64,000 bases of DNA from assembly GCA_027592325.1 (NCBI GenBank), contig JAQCKO010000003.1, positions 941 to 64,940 of the forward strand, written 5' to 3'. A program made the position numbers and the translations under genes. The stretch is from a bacterium (lineage in GTDB: Bacteria > Patescibacteriota > Patescibacteriia > UBA9934). The notes below the pieces were generated by a model that was given only the letters and a program-made list of their open reading frames with translations, had not been told where the DNA came from and made no database searches. This document shows positions 34,636 through 44,567 of this stretch, piece after piece (position 1 is the stretch's first letter; each line of letters begins with the position of its first letter).

Positions 34636-35334
34636 CTAATTGTTGACCACAGACTTAGCGTCATTATGAACATACCATTTTGATCGATTAAGCTCGGTCA
34701 AACCATCATTTAACCAGTCGTGGCAGGCATGTTTGGGGCAGCAAGGTTTGTAAAGGTCGGGGCTACGGCCAGATAATAATTCTGTGCGTGAATCGTGGCC
34801 AATACGCTTTGTAAGAAACGCTGCCTGATGGCAATCAGATCCATCGTTTCCCTCACATTGCGCGGCGACATGTTCCCGTATTTCAGATACCATGACAGCT
34901 TCCGCAACGTTCATGAATGCTTTCCCACTCGCAGATCGATCAAGCCCTGCCATCACTACAAAGTTACCCGACAAACGTAGTGTCGCAAGAGTGATAGCGA
35001 GTGTCGATAATTGTGTAGGCTGCGATTCGCCGGTAAAGAAATGTGCTTCATCGATAATGATTCCTTTCCGTTGACCAGGGGAGGTATGGTTGAAAATATC
35101 AGAAACACATTTTAGACTTGTAGCTTCAATCTGTTCGGTTTTAAATCGGCTGACGATATTTGTCGTCGACGAATCACGTTCCGGTTTGAATGCTTGCACC
35201 ATGAGTCCAGCTCGTTTCATGCGATCGGCATATTCATATAGACGCAATGATTTCGAGGCGAACATCGGCCCAACAATGGTGATGAACTTAGAATCACCGT
35301 GCCGAAAATCAATATGTTGAAATGCTTGGCTCAT
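34636..35334 (-). CDS. tdk: thymidine kinase
   Basis: P-loop IVGPMFASKS, IIDEAHFF and a C-terminal Cys-rich zinc lasso region. Confidence 0.8.
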   Translation of the reverse strand: MSQAFQHIDFRHGDSKFITIVGPMFASKSLRLYEYADRMKRAGLMVQAFKPERDSSTTNIVSRFKTEQIEATSLKCVSDIFNHTSPGQRKGIIIDEAHFFTGESQPTQLSTLAITLATLRLSGNFVVMAGLDRSASGKAFMNVAEAVMVSEIREHVAAQCEGNDGSDCHQAAFLTKRIGHDSRTELLSGRSPDLYKPCCPKHACHDWLNDGLTELNRSKWYVHNDAKSVVNN

Positions 35335-35458
35335 GAACGAGATATTTTAGACAAACTATACACCATTCTAAGCATGGGGAACATTGCAGTTTTTGAGTAA
35401 TCAAAATCGCTCACCCATGCCTATGGGTGAGCTGATGCGGTTTCAAGCCCGGAAAAGC

Positions 35459-35713
35459 CTATTCACAGGATTCCCAGCGAGAATTATCCGACGTTCTCCG
35501 GAACTTGCGCACAGAATAGCATCCACTACATCTGAGCTTGAACACACCATCGTCGAACGCCACCAGCTTCATCACCGGTCCGTAGTATTTGGGGACCGGA
35601 TCGGCGACGGCCGGTTCCTCGCTTGGTTCATGAACGGTCTTTCTACGTTCCACGTACCGAAGGACCATTACGGGCAAGAGACGGACATCGCTATGCCTAA
35701 ATGGTAGAATCAA
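35459..35713 (-). CDS. hypothetical small protein (CSGC motif). Strand choice uncertain.
   Basis: Overlaps an equally long plus-strand ORF (35384-35707). Locally GC-rich, and neither product is recognisable. Confidence 0.25.
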   Translation of the reverse strand: MILPFRHSDVRLLPVMVLRYVERRKTVHEPSEEPAVADPVPKYYGPVMKLVAFDDGVFKLRCSGCYSVRKFRRTSDNSRWESCE

Positions 35714-36018
35714 AAGATACTTTCTCAGAAAGTCGGTTTACCGCCCTTAGTGAACATTATGTAAGTGCAGGAGTGCCGACAGATTTTTCTTACAAAGTTG
35801 GAGAAATAGTATCAACAACAGTAGGGAATAATGGAGACCTCGATATTAACACCACGGTACTTGATGCTACCAATACGCTCAAACTCAATTTGCTCGATGG
35901 CACCGAATGCAATTTGATGGTCCTTGTTGGAAGCGACGCCGGTGATCTAAACTGTATGAGTGCAGCAGGCGATGATCTTTGCACGGTCAACTACACCGCA
36001 TTTGCGATTCCTCGATAA
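35701..36018 (+). CDS. hypothetical protein (105 aa)
   Basis: ORF only, Thr/Asn/Asp-rich. Confidence 0.3.
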   Translation: MVESKDTFSESRFTALSEHYVSAGVPTDFSYKVGEIVSTTVGNNGDLDINTTVLDATNTLKLNLLDGTECNLMVLVGSDAGDLNCMSAAGDDLCTVNYTAFAIPR

Positions 36019-36159
36019 GCCTACTTCTTCATTGGATCAAGGCACAAAAACAAGAAATCCTGAATGGGTTTTTTTGTTTTTTACACAGACCTGACGAAAC
36101 AATCATTCAAAATCCCAACTGACAACTTCATCGAAATAGCTTATAGTATAGGTACGTGT

Positions 36160-36468
36160 ATGGACATATCAATTCCAGACTATAAAGACCTCCGTGAATC
36201 AGGTTCGCCTCATGAACTCATTGACGTGCGAGAGGCTTTCGAATGGAATGAAGGACATCTTGACGGGGCAAGACTCATTCCATTAAGCGAATTGGAGCTT
36301 CAGATCAAAAAACAACTTCCAGATCAATCAATGCCAATTATTCTCTATTGTAGAAGTGGAGCCCGATCTTCACGCGCAGTAGAGCTCCTCGGAACAATGG
36401 GGTATATCAACGTCTATAATTTGATAGGTGGATATTCAATGTGGAGCATCGATCCGGACAATCGCTAA
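36160..36468 (+). CDS. single-domain rhodanese (sulfurtransferase)
   Basis: Active-site loop YCRSGARS and DVREAFEW...GHL. Start trimmed to ATG 36160. Confidence 0.75.
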   Translation: MDISIPDYKDLRESGSPHELIDVREAFEWNEGHLDGARLIPLSELELQIKKQLPDQSMPIILYCRSGARSSRAVELLGTMGYINVYNLIGGYSMWSIDPDNR

Positions 36469-36481
36469 CGTGATATAAGGA

Positions 36482-37090
36482 ATGTATATGATGACAATTG
36501 AAACGATTTTTCTTCTCAGTCTCATTTTGATGGGACTATCAACGCTCTTCTTTTTTGTCCTGCGCAATGCTACAACGCATTATCGTTCAGCGCTTGCCGT
36601 CACATCGGCAACCACCGTGGCATCTCTTGTCTTGTTTTCAGGCGCTGTTTGGATAGGGGACTTGTCGCCATTCCGATGGCTATTTTATATTGTCAGCTGC
36701 TCGGTTCTGATGATGACCATCATGAAGGTTCTTTCCGTGAAGAAAGAGAATAAAACCCCGATTTTAATTTTGAACGGCCTCGTCATGCTCACCGGGGCAA
36801 TTGCTTCATTCTTCCGGCAAAATGAAGATATGATGCTCGCATTCTTTGTTTTGGGAGGTGTATTCTTTCTCATGCAGCTAATGCTTCTTGCTGAAAATAA
36901 CGCAAAGAAGTCGACGTCTAAAATGGTCTGGACGTATATTCTTGCCGGTTGGTGTGCATTCCCACTTGTCTTCGTATTAAGTCCAGAAGCCTTTTCGATT
37001 ATCGATGCAGCAATTGCGGCAATCCTCTATCTTGCTCTCGATATCTTTACCAAGGTTGGATTCTATATTCACCTGTCAAAACTCAAATAA
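36482..37090 (+). CDS. polytopic membrane protein, hypothetical
   Basis: 202 aa with 6-7 hydrophobic helices. Confidence 0.5.
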   Translation: MYMMTIETIFLLSLILMGLSTLFFFVLRNATTHYRSALAVTSATTVASLVLFSGAVWIGDLSPFRWLFYIVSCSVLMMTIMKVLSVKKENKTPILILNGLVMLTGAIASFFRQNEDMMLAFFVLGGVFFLMQLMLLAENNAKKSTSKMVWTYILAGWCAFPLVFVLSPEAFSIIDAAIAAILYLALDIFTKVGFYIHLSKLK

Positions 37091-37091
37091 T

Positions 37092-37496
37092 ATGCCATCA
37101 AATACAAAATACGTTACCTCACCAATCGTCGTTGTTCTCACTATTGTTGCTGTCTGTCTTTCAGCGCTCGCAGTGATTATCAGCATCACGGGTCTTTTCT
37201 TCAATACTACTGTCGATGTTCGCGTTGGCGACTCGGCTATAAATGAAGCGGTGAAATATGCCGAGATCTATGAAGAAGGAATTACTGAGTACGAGGATGA
37301 TTCGATTAGCTTTAACGTGCCGCAAGACGTCATCGTAAATTGTGAGCTTGGTGTTTGTACGTTATTCCCAGAAGTCGGAGCTGATCCTGATATGTTAATT
37401 CAATTCGCTGACGGAGAGATTCGCTATTCGATTGAATCGCAAACGCCTCCAGTTTATTTTGATCTTGTGGTTGAGTCCGTTCAATTAGCTCAGTAA
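37092..37496 (+). CDS. small N-terminally membrane-anchored protein
   Basis: ATG 37092 directly follows the stop of the upstream gene. One TM helix, then an acidic ectodomain. Confidence 0.45.
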   Translation: MPSNTKYVTSPIVVVLTIVAVCLSALAVIISITGLFFNTTVDVRVGDSAINEAVKYAEIYEEGITEYEDDSISFNVPQDVIVNCELGVCTLFPEVGADPDMLIQFADGEIRYSIESQTPPVYFDLVVESVQLAQ

Positions 37497-37513
37497 CCTA
37501 ATCGCCGTTTAGT

Positions 37514-39856
37514 ATGCCCGAACAAAGATTATTCATACCAGACGCTCGCGATAGTATTAGGTCGTTTGACAAGAATGATCTTACATTAGGTTTGAACGTA
37601 ATACGCAGAATGGTTGAACAGCCAGCAATTGAAGAGTTCACCGATGTATACGGTGAAAAAATTATACTCCAAGATCAAAAAAGAGTTTACGAAAAAAAAG
37701 AAGGCTTTTCATCTTCATTGTCTTGTATCGCCGAAGCTGCGGAATTTATTGTTCCATATGCTAGCAGAGATGCATCTCCATTTGGTGAGCTTGGGGTTGT
37801 AAGTAAAGCATCTGAATTTGATGATTTGTTCCGTGGAACTGATGTAGTAGCTGAAATTCGAAATCCACTAAGAAACAAGGAAACACTTGTCGCATCAATT
37901 GACATCACTACAGGCGTATCAGCATTAGCGGATAAGCTGCAACGACTGTTAGATAATGTTCATAGATCTAGAAAGAAACTTAAATATTATCGATCTCCAT
38001 TTTCTGATAGAACAGGACTACAGGTTAATGTAGAAGCTATTACATACATTTCGAATGAACGTGTCACTGAGGCCTTACGATTAGTAGCCGAAAATGAACC
38101 GTTTGATAATAAAGGATTCCGATCCTTGCTGGCCGAACAGCTACTTGTCCTTACAGCAGCCATGTCGCAATTTGCTCGATCTGTCGGCAATCCCAAAGCT
38201 GCCAATATTTACAATCAAATGCACAGATTTGCTTCATCAGGCGTCTATAATGCAGGTGCTACTGTTTTCTCAAAACAAGCGTTGCTTAGTGAAGATATGC
38301 GTATCTTCCGTGAACAATTAGCGGACGTAACGGGCATAGAGGAGATCCTAGACTATTGTTTTGTATTAGATATTCATGATATTACTGACGAAGTCACATC
38401 AGAGGTTGAGACGCCAGTCGATCATGAGTTTATACCAGACTCGATGGTTGCATTAGTCGATTTAGCAGACGAAGTTACATGCTCATTATCATCATTAATA
38501 CGCCTAGTAGAAGAAGCTCAAGAAGTAGGACATGACGGATCGGTACTGCGCAAAAGTGCAAAACATCGAAACCAACTAACTCGTTTTATCGACAAAGATA
38601 CACTGGAATTTGTTTATTCGAAGCTATCTGAACGCCCGTGGAATTTGCCTAATCCACCAGAAGGCTGGTTAACACATGATGAATACATGACTGAAGCTTA
38701 TGGAGATAAGGCTAGTCGTAGAGGACGCAGTGCGTTTATGCGTGTTGCTGATTTGAATAATCCCGACGAAGTATTACTGGCACGTGGAAAAAATGGCCGC
38801 CCATGCCGGGTATTTTCTCCAAAAGGAGTTGCACATGCCTTGCATAAATACAGTCTTGGACCGAAAGAACCACAACGTGAGGTTGATTCAAATAAGCTGA
38901 CCGTATCAGATATTGCACAAGAACTAGGTTGTTCTTGGAGCATGGCACATGATGTCATTACATCTCTCATAGAATTAGATTCTTCTCAGTCGACTCCACA
39001 TTCTATTGATCGATTAACTGTAGAACCGTTGCTAGCAGATGTTCGAGAACAGATTGAGACTATCACGGAGCTCTATGAGAAAGGTTGTGTGACAAGACAT
39101 AGGGCATATGAATTGCTAGGTGTTACCTCACTTTCAGAATTAGAGGCAGATTACGTGTTTGAAAATGATGGCTCATCACCATCTGTCATTATTGATTTTT
39201 CGCACACAAAAAAACCGCTCTACTTCTATTCAGAGGAATTTGTTGAGTGGTGCATGGAAAAAATTACGAAAACAATACCGGACGGATTTGAACTATTTTC
39301 CTCTACTGGTCACAAATTAGTACAAACACGCTATGATCGTGTGATGCAACAGATGCTTGATGAAGGATATGATGAATCTGATTTATATGTCGTGAGATAC
39401 GCGAGAAATAAAATGGGTACTAAAACAATTAGAAAAACAAGATACTATTCCGATGCCTTCAGAAAACGCTATAAAAATGATGCAGAAGAAGCCTTCCCCT
39501 CAGATACTTTCACTGTTTCGGATATTGCTGAGATCTTTCCTTTAGGACGAAAAGTGATCATGAAATATATGAAACGTATAGCTGGGGATCGCATACGAAT
39601 AATTCTTAAGGGGAAAAAAACACTTGTTAGTTTCAGAAAAGAAGATGTTGATATTGCTAAGGAAACCCTTCCGCTCCGTGGGTGGCAACCAGCGAATATT
39701 GTTCGTGACGAATTAGGATTAACTGATCGTGAAATTAAGGCTGCTATCACTGAATTTTCTCATGACAATGGATCAGTGCGATCGATAGGAAGACACAATA
39801 TAAACAGTACTTATTTGAGTCCTGAATTAATTAAACATCTACGAGAACAAAAATGA
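37514..39856 (+). CDS. large hypothetical protein (780 aa) with two C-terminal excisionase/MerR-type HTH (HTH_17-like) modules
   Basis: LTVSDIAQELGCSWSMAHDVITSL, and FTVSDIAEIFPLGRKVIMKYMKRIAGDRIRIILKGKKTLVSFRKEDV (pattern hTV.EhA..hG...Y.hh..G.h..hK.G). The remainder is unrecognised. Confidence 0.5.
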   Translation: MPEQRLFIPDARDSIRSFDKNDLTLGLNVIRRMVEQPAIEEFTDVYGEKIILQDQKRVYEKKEGFSSSLSCIAEAAEFIVPYASRDASPFGELGVVSKASEFDDLFRGTDVVAEIRNPLRNKETLVASIDITTGVSALADKLQRLLDNVHRSRKKLKYYRSPFSDRTGLQVNVEAITYISNERVTEALRLVAENEPFDNKGFRSLLAEQLLVLTAAMSQFARSVGNPKAANIYNQMHRFASSGVYNAGATVFSKQALLSEDMRIFREQLADVTGIEEILDYCFVLDIHDITDEVTSEVETPVDHEFIPDSMVALVDLADEVTCSLSSLIRLVEEAQEVGHDGSVLRKSAKHRNQLTRFIDKDTLEFVYSKLSERPWNLPNPPEGWLTHDEYMTEAYGDKASRRGRSAFMRVADLNNPDEVLLARGKNGRPCRVFSPKGVAHALHKYSLGPKEPQREVDSNKLTVSDIAQELGCSWSMAHDVITSLIELDSSQSTPHSIDRLTVEPLLADVREQIETITELYEKGCVTRHRAYELLGVTSLSELEADYVFENDGSSPSVIIDFSHTKKPLYFYSEEFVEWCMEKITKTIPDGFELFSSTGHKLVQTRYDRVMQQMLDEGYDESDLYVVRYARNKMGTKTIRKTRYYSDAFRKRYKNDAEEAFPSDTFTVSDIAEIFPLGRKVIMKYMKRIAGDRIRIILKGKKTLVSFRKEDVDIAKETLPLRGWQPANIVRDELGLTDREIKAAITEFSHDNGSVRSIGRHNINSTYLSPELIKHLREQK

Positions 39857-39860
39857 TTGT

Positions 39861-40163
39861 ATGAAAGGATTCATTGATTTTATCCGCGAGCAGGGCGTTG
39901 TTGGCCTTGCCATTGGTTTCATTTTGGGAGCGGCAAGTAAAGATCTGGTTTCGAGTTTCGTAGATGGGATTATCCAGCCGCTTATTGGTCTCATCTTTGG
40001 TGGAAAAGCGAGTCTTGCCGAGGCGTCTATTCTCGTCAATGAAGTCTCGATTGAATATGGCGCCTTCATTTCTGCTGTGTTCGATTTTATGATTCTTGTA
40101 GCCATTGTGTATTTCGGCATTAAAGGATTCGGTCTAGATAAGCTTGATATAAAGAAGTCGTAG
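39861..40163 (+). CDS. mscL: large-conductance mechanosensitive channel
   Basis: MKGFIDFIREQGVVGLAIGFILGAA...PLIGLIFGG is the canonical MscL TM1 signature. 100 aa. Confidence 0.85.
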   Translation: MKGFIDFIREQGVVGLAIGFILGAASKDLVSSFVDGIIQPLIGLIFGGKASLAEASILVNEVSIEYGAFISAVFDFMILVAIVYFGIKGFGLDKLDIKKS

Positions 40164-40222
40164 CAAGGTCACATTCGACGAATGTGCGTGGTAAAGTGTA
40201 AGTCTAATTCGTAATAGCAGGT

Positions 40223-40489
40223 ATGAATGGGTATATCACGAATAGAGAAAAAGCTACGCTTGAAAATACAGATTATCGGCGTGTACTTTACACAACGCAT
40301 CGATCACAACTAGTCCTGATGTCGATTGAATCAGGAGATGAGATCAGGCAAGAACGTCATGGTCTTGATCAATTTATTCGTATAGAACAGGATCTGGCTA
40401 GGTTGTGCTCGATGGGTGAAAAACGAGGTACAATCCATAAAACAAAACACGATGAAACCGAAAAACACTTTGACGGCATGATATCGTAA
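40223..40489 (+). CDS. cupin-domain small protein
   Basis: 88 aa with a cupin-like His/Glu pattern (HRSQLVLMSIESGDEIRQERH). Confidence 0.4.
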   Translation: MNGYITNREKATLENTDYRRVLYTTHRSQLVLMSIESGDEIRQERHGLDQFIRIEQDLARLCSMGEKRGTIHKTKHDETEKHFDGMIS

Positions 40490-40490
40490 G

Positions 40491-40524
40491 AAAAAAAGTA
40501 ACCCCTTCCGGGTTACTTTCTCTT
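40491..40524. terminator. bidirectional intrinsic terminator between cupin gene and DEAD-box helicase gene
   Basis: A7-GTAACCC-CTTCC-GGGTTAC-TTTCTCTT. Confidence 0.6.
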
Positions 40525-41745
40525 GTAGCGAGGATGACCGTTTCTTCGGCGTCCTGCGATTCCTCCTCGTCCCTGGGTTGAACGTGGTGTACGCTCGGTA
40601 AGGGGTAATGAGGGAAGGCTTGAGCCGTCCTCATGGAAAAGCGGAATTTGCTTTCCAATCAGTCTTTGAATGGCGGCAATGTCACCGCGTTGGCGAGGAG
40701 ATGCGAATGAAATTGCTTTCCCTTCGCGCCCGGCGCGTCCTGTTCGTCCAATACGATGAACATAATCGTCTGCCTGATCAGGAAGATCGAAATTGATCAC
40801 GAGTTTTATGGAACTTACATCAATTCCTCGCGCGGCAATATCGGTTGCAACAAGCACACGATATTTCCCCGCATCAAACCCATTCAATGCTCTTTGGCGC
40901 TGAGCTTGTGTGCGGTTTGAATGAATTTCATCTGCTTTATATCCCTCCTGAGAGAGAGTTTTCGCAACCTTTTTTGCTCCGTGTTTTGTACGGCTAAATA
41001 CAAGCGTTTGACCTTCATGCTCATCAAGAATATCCATGAGCAAATCAACCTTGACGTCATTCCGTACAATGAAGATTTCTTGTTCAATTTGATCGGCAGT
41101 TGTCCCCGGTTTCGCAACTTCAATACGCTTTGGATCGCGCATATACGCATTCGCTACTGCTTCAACTCCCTTTGCCATCGTCGCAGAGAAAAGGAGGGTT
41201 TGGCGTGATTCTGGGACCATCTCGCGAATCCTATCGAGTTGTGGTTTGAATCCCATATCAAGCATGCGATCCGCTTCGTCAAGCACGAGCACAGAAATCG
41301 CATCGATTTTCGCATACCCTTGCTCAACCATATCAATCAGTCGGCCAGGTGTAGCAATGATTACGTGTGGTCGCTTTTTCAGCTCTTTCATTTGACCATG
41401 TGCGCTCACGCCTCCAATCAGAAGGGCCGTACGGAAGTTCGATCCATTAAGCAATTTTCTCATTGTTTCTTGAACCTGCACAGCAAGCTCGCGTGTAGGA
41501 AGTAAAATAAGCCCGGGTTTTCCGGTTTCCATTACCTTTTGTATGAGTGGAAGGCAAAATGCAAGCGTTTTCCCCGATCCTGTTTGTGCAATTCCCATTA
41601 CATCGCTGCCGCTTAAAACGGTAGGAATTGCATCAAATTGAATTGGGGTTGGGTGCTTAAACCCTTGTTTGTCGAGTCTTGCAAGAAGTCCTTCCGAAAT
41701 CCCTAATCCTTCAAAACTCGTATCTTGTAATTCGTTTCTAGACAT
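40513..41745 (-). CDS. DEAD-box ATP-dependent RNA helicase with Arg/Gly-rich C-terminal tail
   Basis: Q-motif region, AQTGSGKT, DEAD, SAT, HRIGRTGRAG and a C-terminal RGGIAGRRR tail. Confidence 0.9.
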   Translation of the reverse strand: MSRNELQDTSFEGLGISEGLLARLDKQGFKHPTPIQFDAIPTVLSGSDVMGIAQTGSGKTLAFCLPLIQKVMETGKPGLILLPTRELAVQVQETMRKLLNGSNFRTALLIGGVSAHGQMKELKKRPHVIIATPGRLIDMVEQGYAKIDAISVLVLDEADRMLDMGFKPQLDRIREMVPESRQTLLFSATMAKGVEAVANAYMRDPKRIEVAKPGTTADQIEQEIFIVRNDVKVDLLMDILDEHEGQTLVFSRTKHGAKKVAKTLSQEGYKADEIHSNRTQAQRQRALNGFDAGKYRVLVATDIAARGIDVSSIKLVINFDLPDQADDYVHRIGRTGRAGREGKAISFASPRQRGDIAAIQRLIGKQIPLFHEDGSSLPSLPLTERTPRSTQGRGGIAGRRRNGHPRYKRK

Positions 41746-41786
41746 GAAGGCGCAATGATAGCATACTGAGGGTATATTGTCAATGT

Positions 41787-42215
41787 ATGCGCGACGAACT
41801 CAAGACGAAACAGAATAAACAGAGTGTAACAACCTTTTTAAATCGTATTTCTGATAAAAAGCGTAAAAAGGACGCAAAACGGGCGCTCAACCTACTGAAA
41901 GAGGTGACAGGGGAGAAACCGACAATGTGGGGATCTTCTATCATTGGCTTTGGAAGCTACACCTATACAAATTCGAGAGGGAAATCGTTTACTTATTTGG
42001 CAACCGGATTTTCTCCACGTAAACAGGCACTGACTTTCTACATTATGCCTGGGTACGACGATTTTTCTGATTTATTAGAAAAGCTTGGCCCTTATACACA
42101 TGGAAAATGTTGTTTGTATATTCGCGATTTAGATGCAATCGATGAGAACGTTTTGCGGAACATCATCAAAAGGGGCTTCGACATCGTCCAGACACGTTAT
42201 AAAACAGAAGCGTGA
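41787..42215 (+). CDS. DUF1801 (YdhG-like) domain protein
   Basis: GFGSYTY...GFSPRKQALTFYI pattern. Confidence 0.45.
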   Translation: MRDELKTKQNKQSVTTFLNRISDKKRKKDAKRALNLLKEVTGEKPTMWGSSIIGFGSYTYTNSRGKSFTYLATGFSPRKQALTFYIMPGYDDFSDLLEKLGPYTHGKCCLYIRDLDAIDENVLRNIIKRGFDIVQTRYKTEA

Positions 42216-42219
42216 GAAT

Positions 42220-42972
42220 ATGAAGATCGTACTTGTCCATTTTCGGCCTGATCGAAATGTCCTTCAACAGGAACGACAGGGATTTTTACGAAATACCGGG
42301 CTTGCTGATTCACAAGTTGAGAGTTTGAATGTATTTGAGCAACTCCCACGGTTTGATGATCTGAAAACGGCAAGTGCCGCCGTCATTGGTGGAAGCGGGG
42401 ATTTTTTTATTTCTCGCGGGGATATTCCGAAGGAACGTGCAGCCGTAGGGAACATTATCAAAGAAGCGAAGGACAAGAATTATCCAATGGCTGGAATTTG
42501 TTATGGGGCACAATTAATAGCTGATGTGCTTGGAGGTACGCTCGAATACGATGCATCGAGGGCTGAGATTGGAACATTCGCGATTGAAAAAACGGATGCG
42601 GCAAAACATTGCGCGATCTTTTCTGACATGCCGGAGCGATTTGATGTACAGTTAGGGCATAAAGATCACATTACAAAACTTCCGCCGGAGGCAGTCAATC
42701 TAGCACGTAGTGAGCGCAGTGAAGTGCAAGCGTTCACATTTCCTCAGTCCAAGCTATACGGATTTACGTTTCATCCAGAACTCGATAAAAAGGGAATGAT
42801 TGAGCGGCTTGATTATTACAATGGCGTGCCAGAACTCAAAGCACAATACGGCCTTACAGACGAGGCAATCTCGCATCTCCTTGAGAAAATGTGGGATAGT
42901 GAGCATGCGAAACAACCACTTGAGCGATTTTTAAAAGAAGTTGTCAATAACGGGCAAGCCTATGCAGCATAA
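42220..42972 (+). CDS. class I glutamine amidotransferase-like protein
   Basis: Nucleophile elbow GICYGAQL and a C-terminal His (FHPE). Start trimmed to ATG 42220. Confidence 0.65.
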   Translation: MKIVLVHFRPDRNVLQQERQGFLRNTGLADSQVESLNVFEQLPRFDDLKTASAAVIGGSGDFFISRGDIPKERAAVGNIIKEAKDKNYPMAGICYGAQLIADVLGGTLEYDASRAEIGTFAIEKTDAAKHCAIFSDMPERFDVQLGHKDHITKLPPEAVNLARSERSEVQAFTFPQSKLYGFTFHPELDKKGMIERLDYYNGVPELKAQYGLTDEAISHLLEKMWDSEHAKQPLERFLKEVVNNGQAYAA

Positions 42973-43927
42973 AATACCAGTAACAATTTTGAGCGGTTTT
43001 CTCGGATCAGGGAAAACAACACTCCTGAATCGCTTATTGACCGAATATCAAGACGAGCAACTTGCTCTTATTGTAAACGAATTCGGTGAGATTGGTATTG
43101 ATGACAAACTCCTTCTTCGCACCGATGAAGAAATCATTGAAATGAATAATGGGGCCATTTGCTGCGTTCTGCGTGATGATACAACGAAGACGCTTCTAAA
43201 ACTGGTAGAAAATAAAGATCGTCAATTTGATCGCGTTCTTATTGAAACAACGGGACTCGCGAATCCGATTCCGATTGCGCGTGCAATTTTAGAAAAGCCT
43301 GCACTGAAGGACAAGTTCAAGCTCGAGTCTGTCGTGATAATGGTTGATGCATCGAATGTCCTCGATCAACTACATACAACACAGGAAGCGAAGGAACAAA
43401 TTGCTGCAGCAGATGTGATCGTCCTCAATAAAATCGATCTTGCAGACGAACGCACAATTGCTGCGACAAAGATGAAACTCCGGTCCATCAATCCAATTGC
43501 GAGAATCGTTGAAACACAGAATGCAGAAGTCACACTCGATGACTTACGTAGTGAAGAGAAAGACCGTAGCTTCGTTACTGACCTTGCCCCAGCGCATCAT
43601 GACCACGATGATGAAGTGACCTCCTTTGTCCTTGAGGCTGATGCAGCGCTTGATTTCAACAAAGTGACACAATGGATTGGAGAAACCATTATGCTGAATA
43701 GCGACAAACTTATGCGCTACAAAGGCATACTTGCTATTGCCGGCAAAAACGAGCGTTTTGTGTTTCAAGGTGTGCATCAACATTTTGAGCATCGAAAAGA
43801 TCGAGTATGGAAGGAAGGAGAAGATCGGAAAAGCCAGGTTGTAATGATTGGAAAAGATCTTGACGAAGCGAAGATGCGCGAGGCATTTGCAAAGCTTGTG
43901 ATTGATGAGGATAAATCTGCCTCATAG
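42941..43927 (+). CDS. COG0523 (CobW/YciC/ZigA-type) metallochaperone GTPase
   Basis: P-loop GFLGSGKTT, the CxCC-type NGAICCVLRDD motif and a His-rich linker HHDHDDE before the C-terminal domain. Confidence 0.8.
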   Translation: MSITGKPMQHKIPVTILSGFLGSGKTTLLNRLLTEYQDEQLALIVNEFGEIGIDDKLLLRTDEEIIEMNNGAICCVLRDDTTKTLLKLVENKDRQFDRVLIETTGLANPIPIARAILEKPALKDKFKLESVVIMVDASNVLDQLHTTQEAKEQIAAADVIVLNKIDLADERTIAATKMKLRSINPIARIVETQNAEVTLDDLRSEEKDRSFVTDLAPAHHDHDDEVTSFVLEADAALDFNKVTQWIGETIMLNSDKLMRYKGILAIAGKNERFVFQGVHQHFEHRKDRVWKEGEDRKSQVVMIGKDLDEAKMREAFAKLVIDEDKSAS

Positions 43928-43974
43928 AGAAGATTTTTTGCTATCATTCGTGTAATAAATCACCACCGAATTTT

Positions 43975-44352
43975 ATGACACAATATATTCTTGAGCTTAC
44001 TGGGCTTATCTTCTTCCTCTTCGGGCTTTCAATGCTCGTGAATAGGGATTTCTATGTCGGCTATGCAAAAGACATGCAAAAAGACCGAGGTCATATCTTG
44101 CTCGCGGCGCTCATTAACTTAGTGATCGGTCTTTCGATCGTTCTCAGTCATGTGGGCTGGAATTCAACTGAGGAGGTCGTCGTTTGCCTGATTGGATGGG
44201 CAGCAACAATTAAAGGAGTCACTCTCGTCCTTGCGCCTTCCGTAATGAAGCATATGGCTAAAAAACTTGCCTCTGGATCAGTCGTTACAGTTGCAGGATT
44301 CATCACGCTCGTCCTCGGCGCGCTTATCTCATATCTCGCATTCTTTGCCTAA
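43975..44352 (+). CDS. small membrane protein, hypothetical
   Basis: 125 aa with 4 hydrophobic helices. Confidence 0.45.
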   Translation: MTQYILELTGLIFFLFGLSMLVNRDFYVGYAKDMQKDRGHILLAALINLVIGLSIVLSHVGWNSTEEVVVCLIGWAATIKGVTLVLAPSVMKHMAKKLASGSVVTVAGFITLVLGALISYLAFFA

Positions 44353-44567
44353 CCAAAAATTATGGAGTGGAATATTCACACAATCATCTTCGTTATTCTT
44401 TTTGTTGATAGCCTTGCCGCAAATATGCTCGTGCATGCGGAAAGTAAGAAGCTCAGCAAATTGTGGCGAACCAATTTTCGCACTCTTTCGCGTGCATTCC
44501 CGCTGTCTCGCGGCTGGTCAGCGCTTTATCTTGTGCTGACACTGTACATTGGATACCTTGTTCTTGC

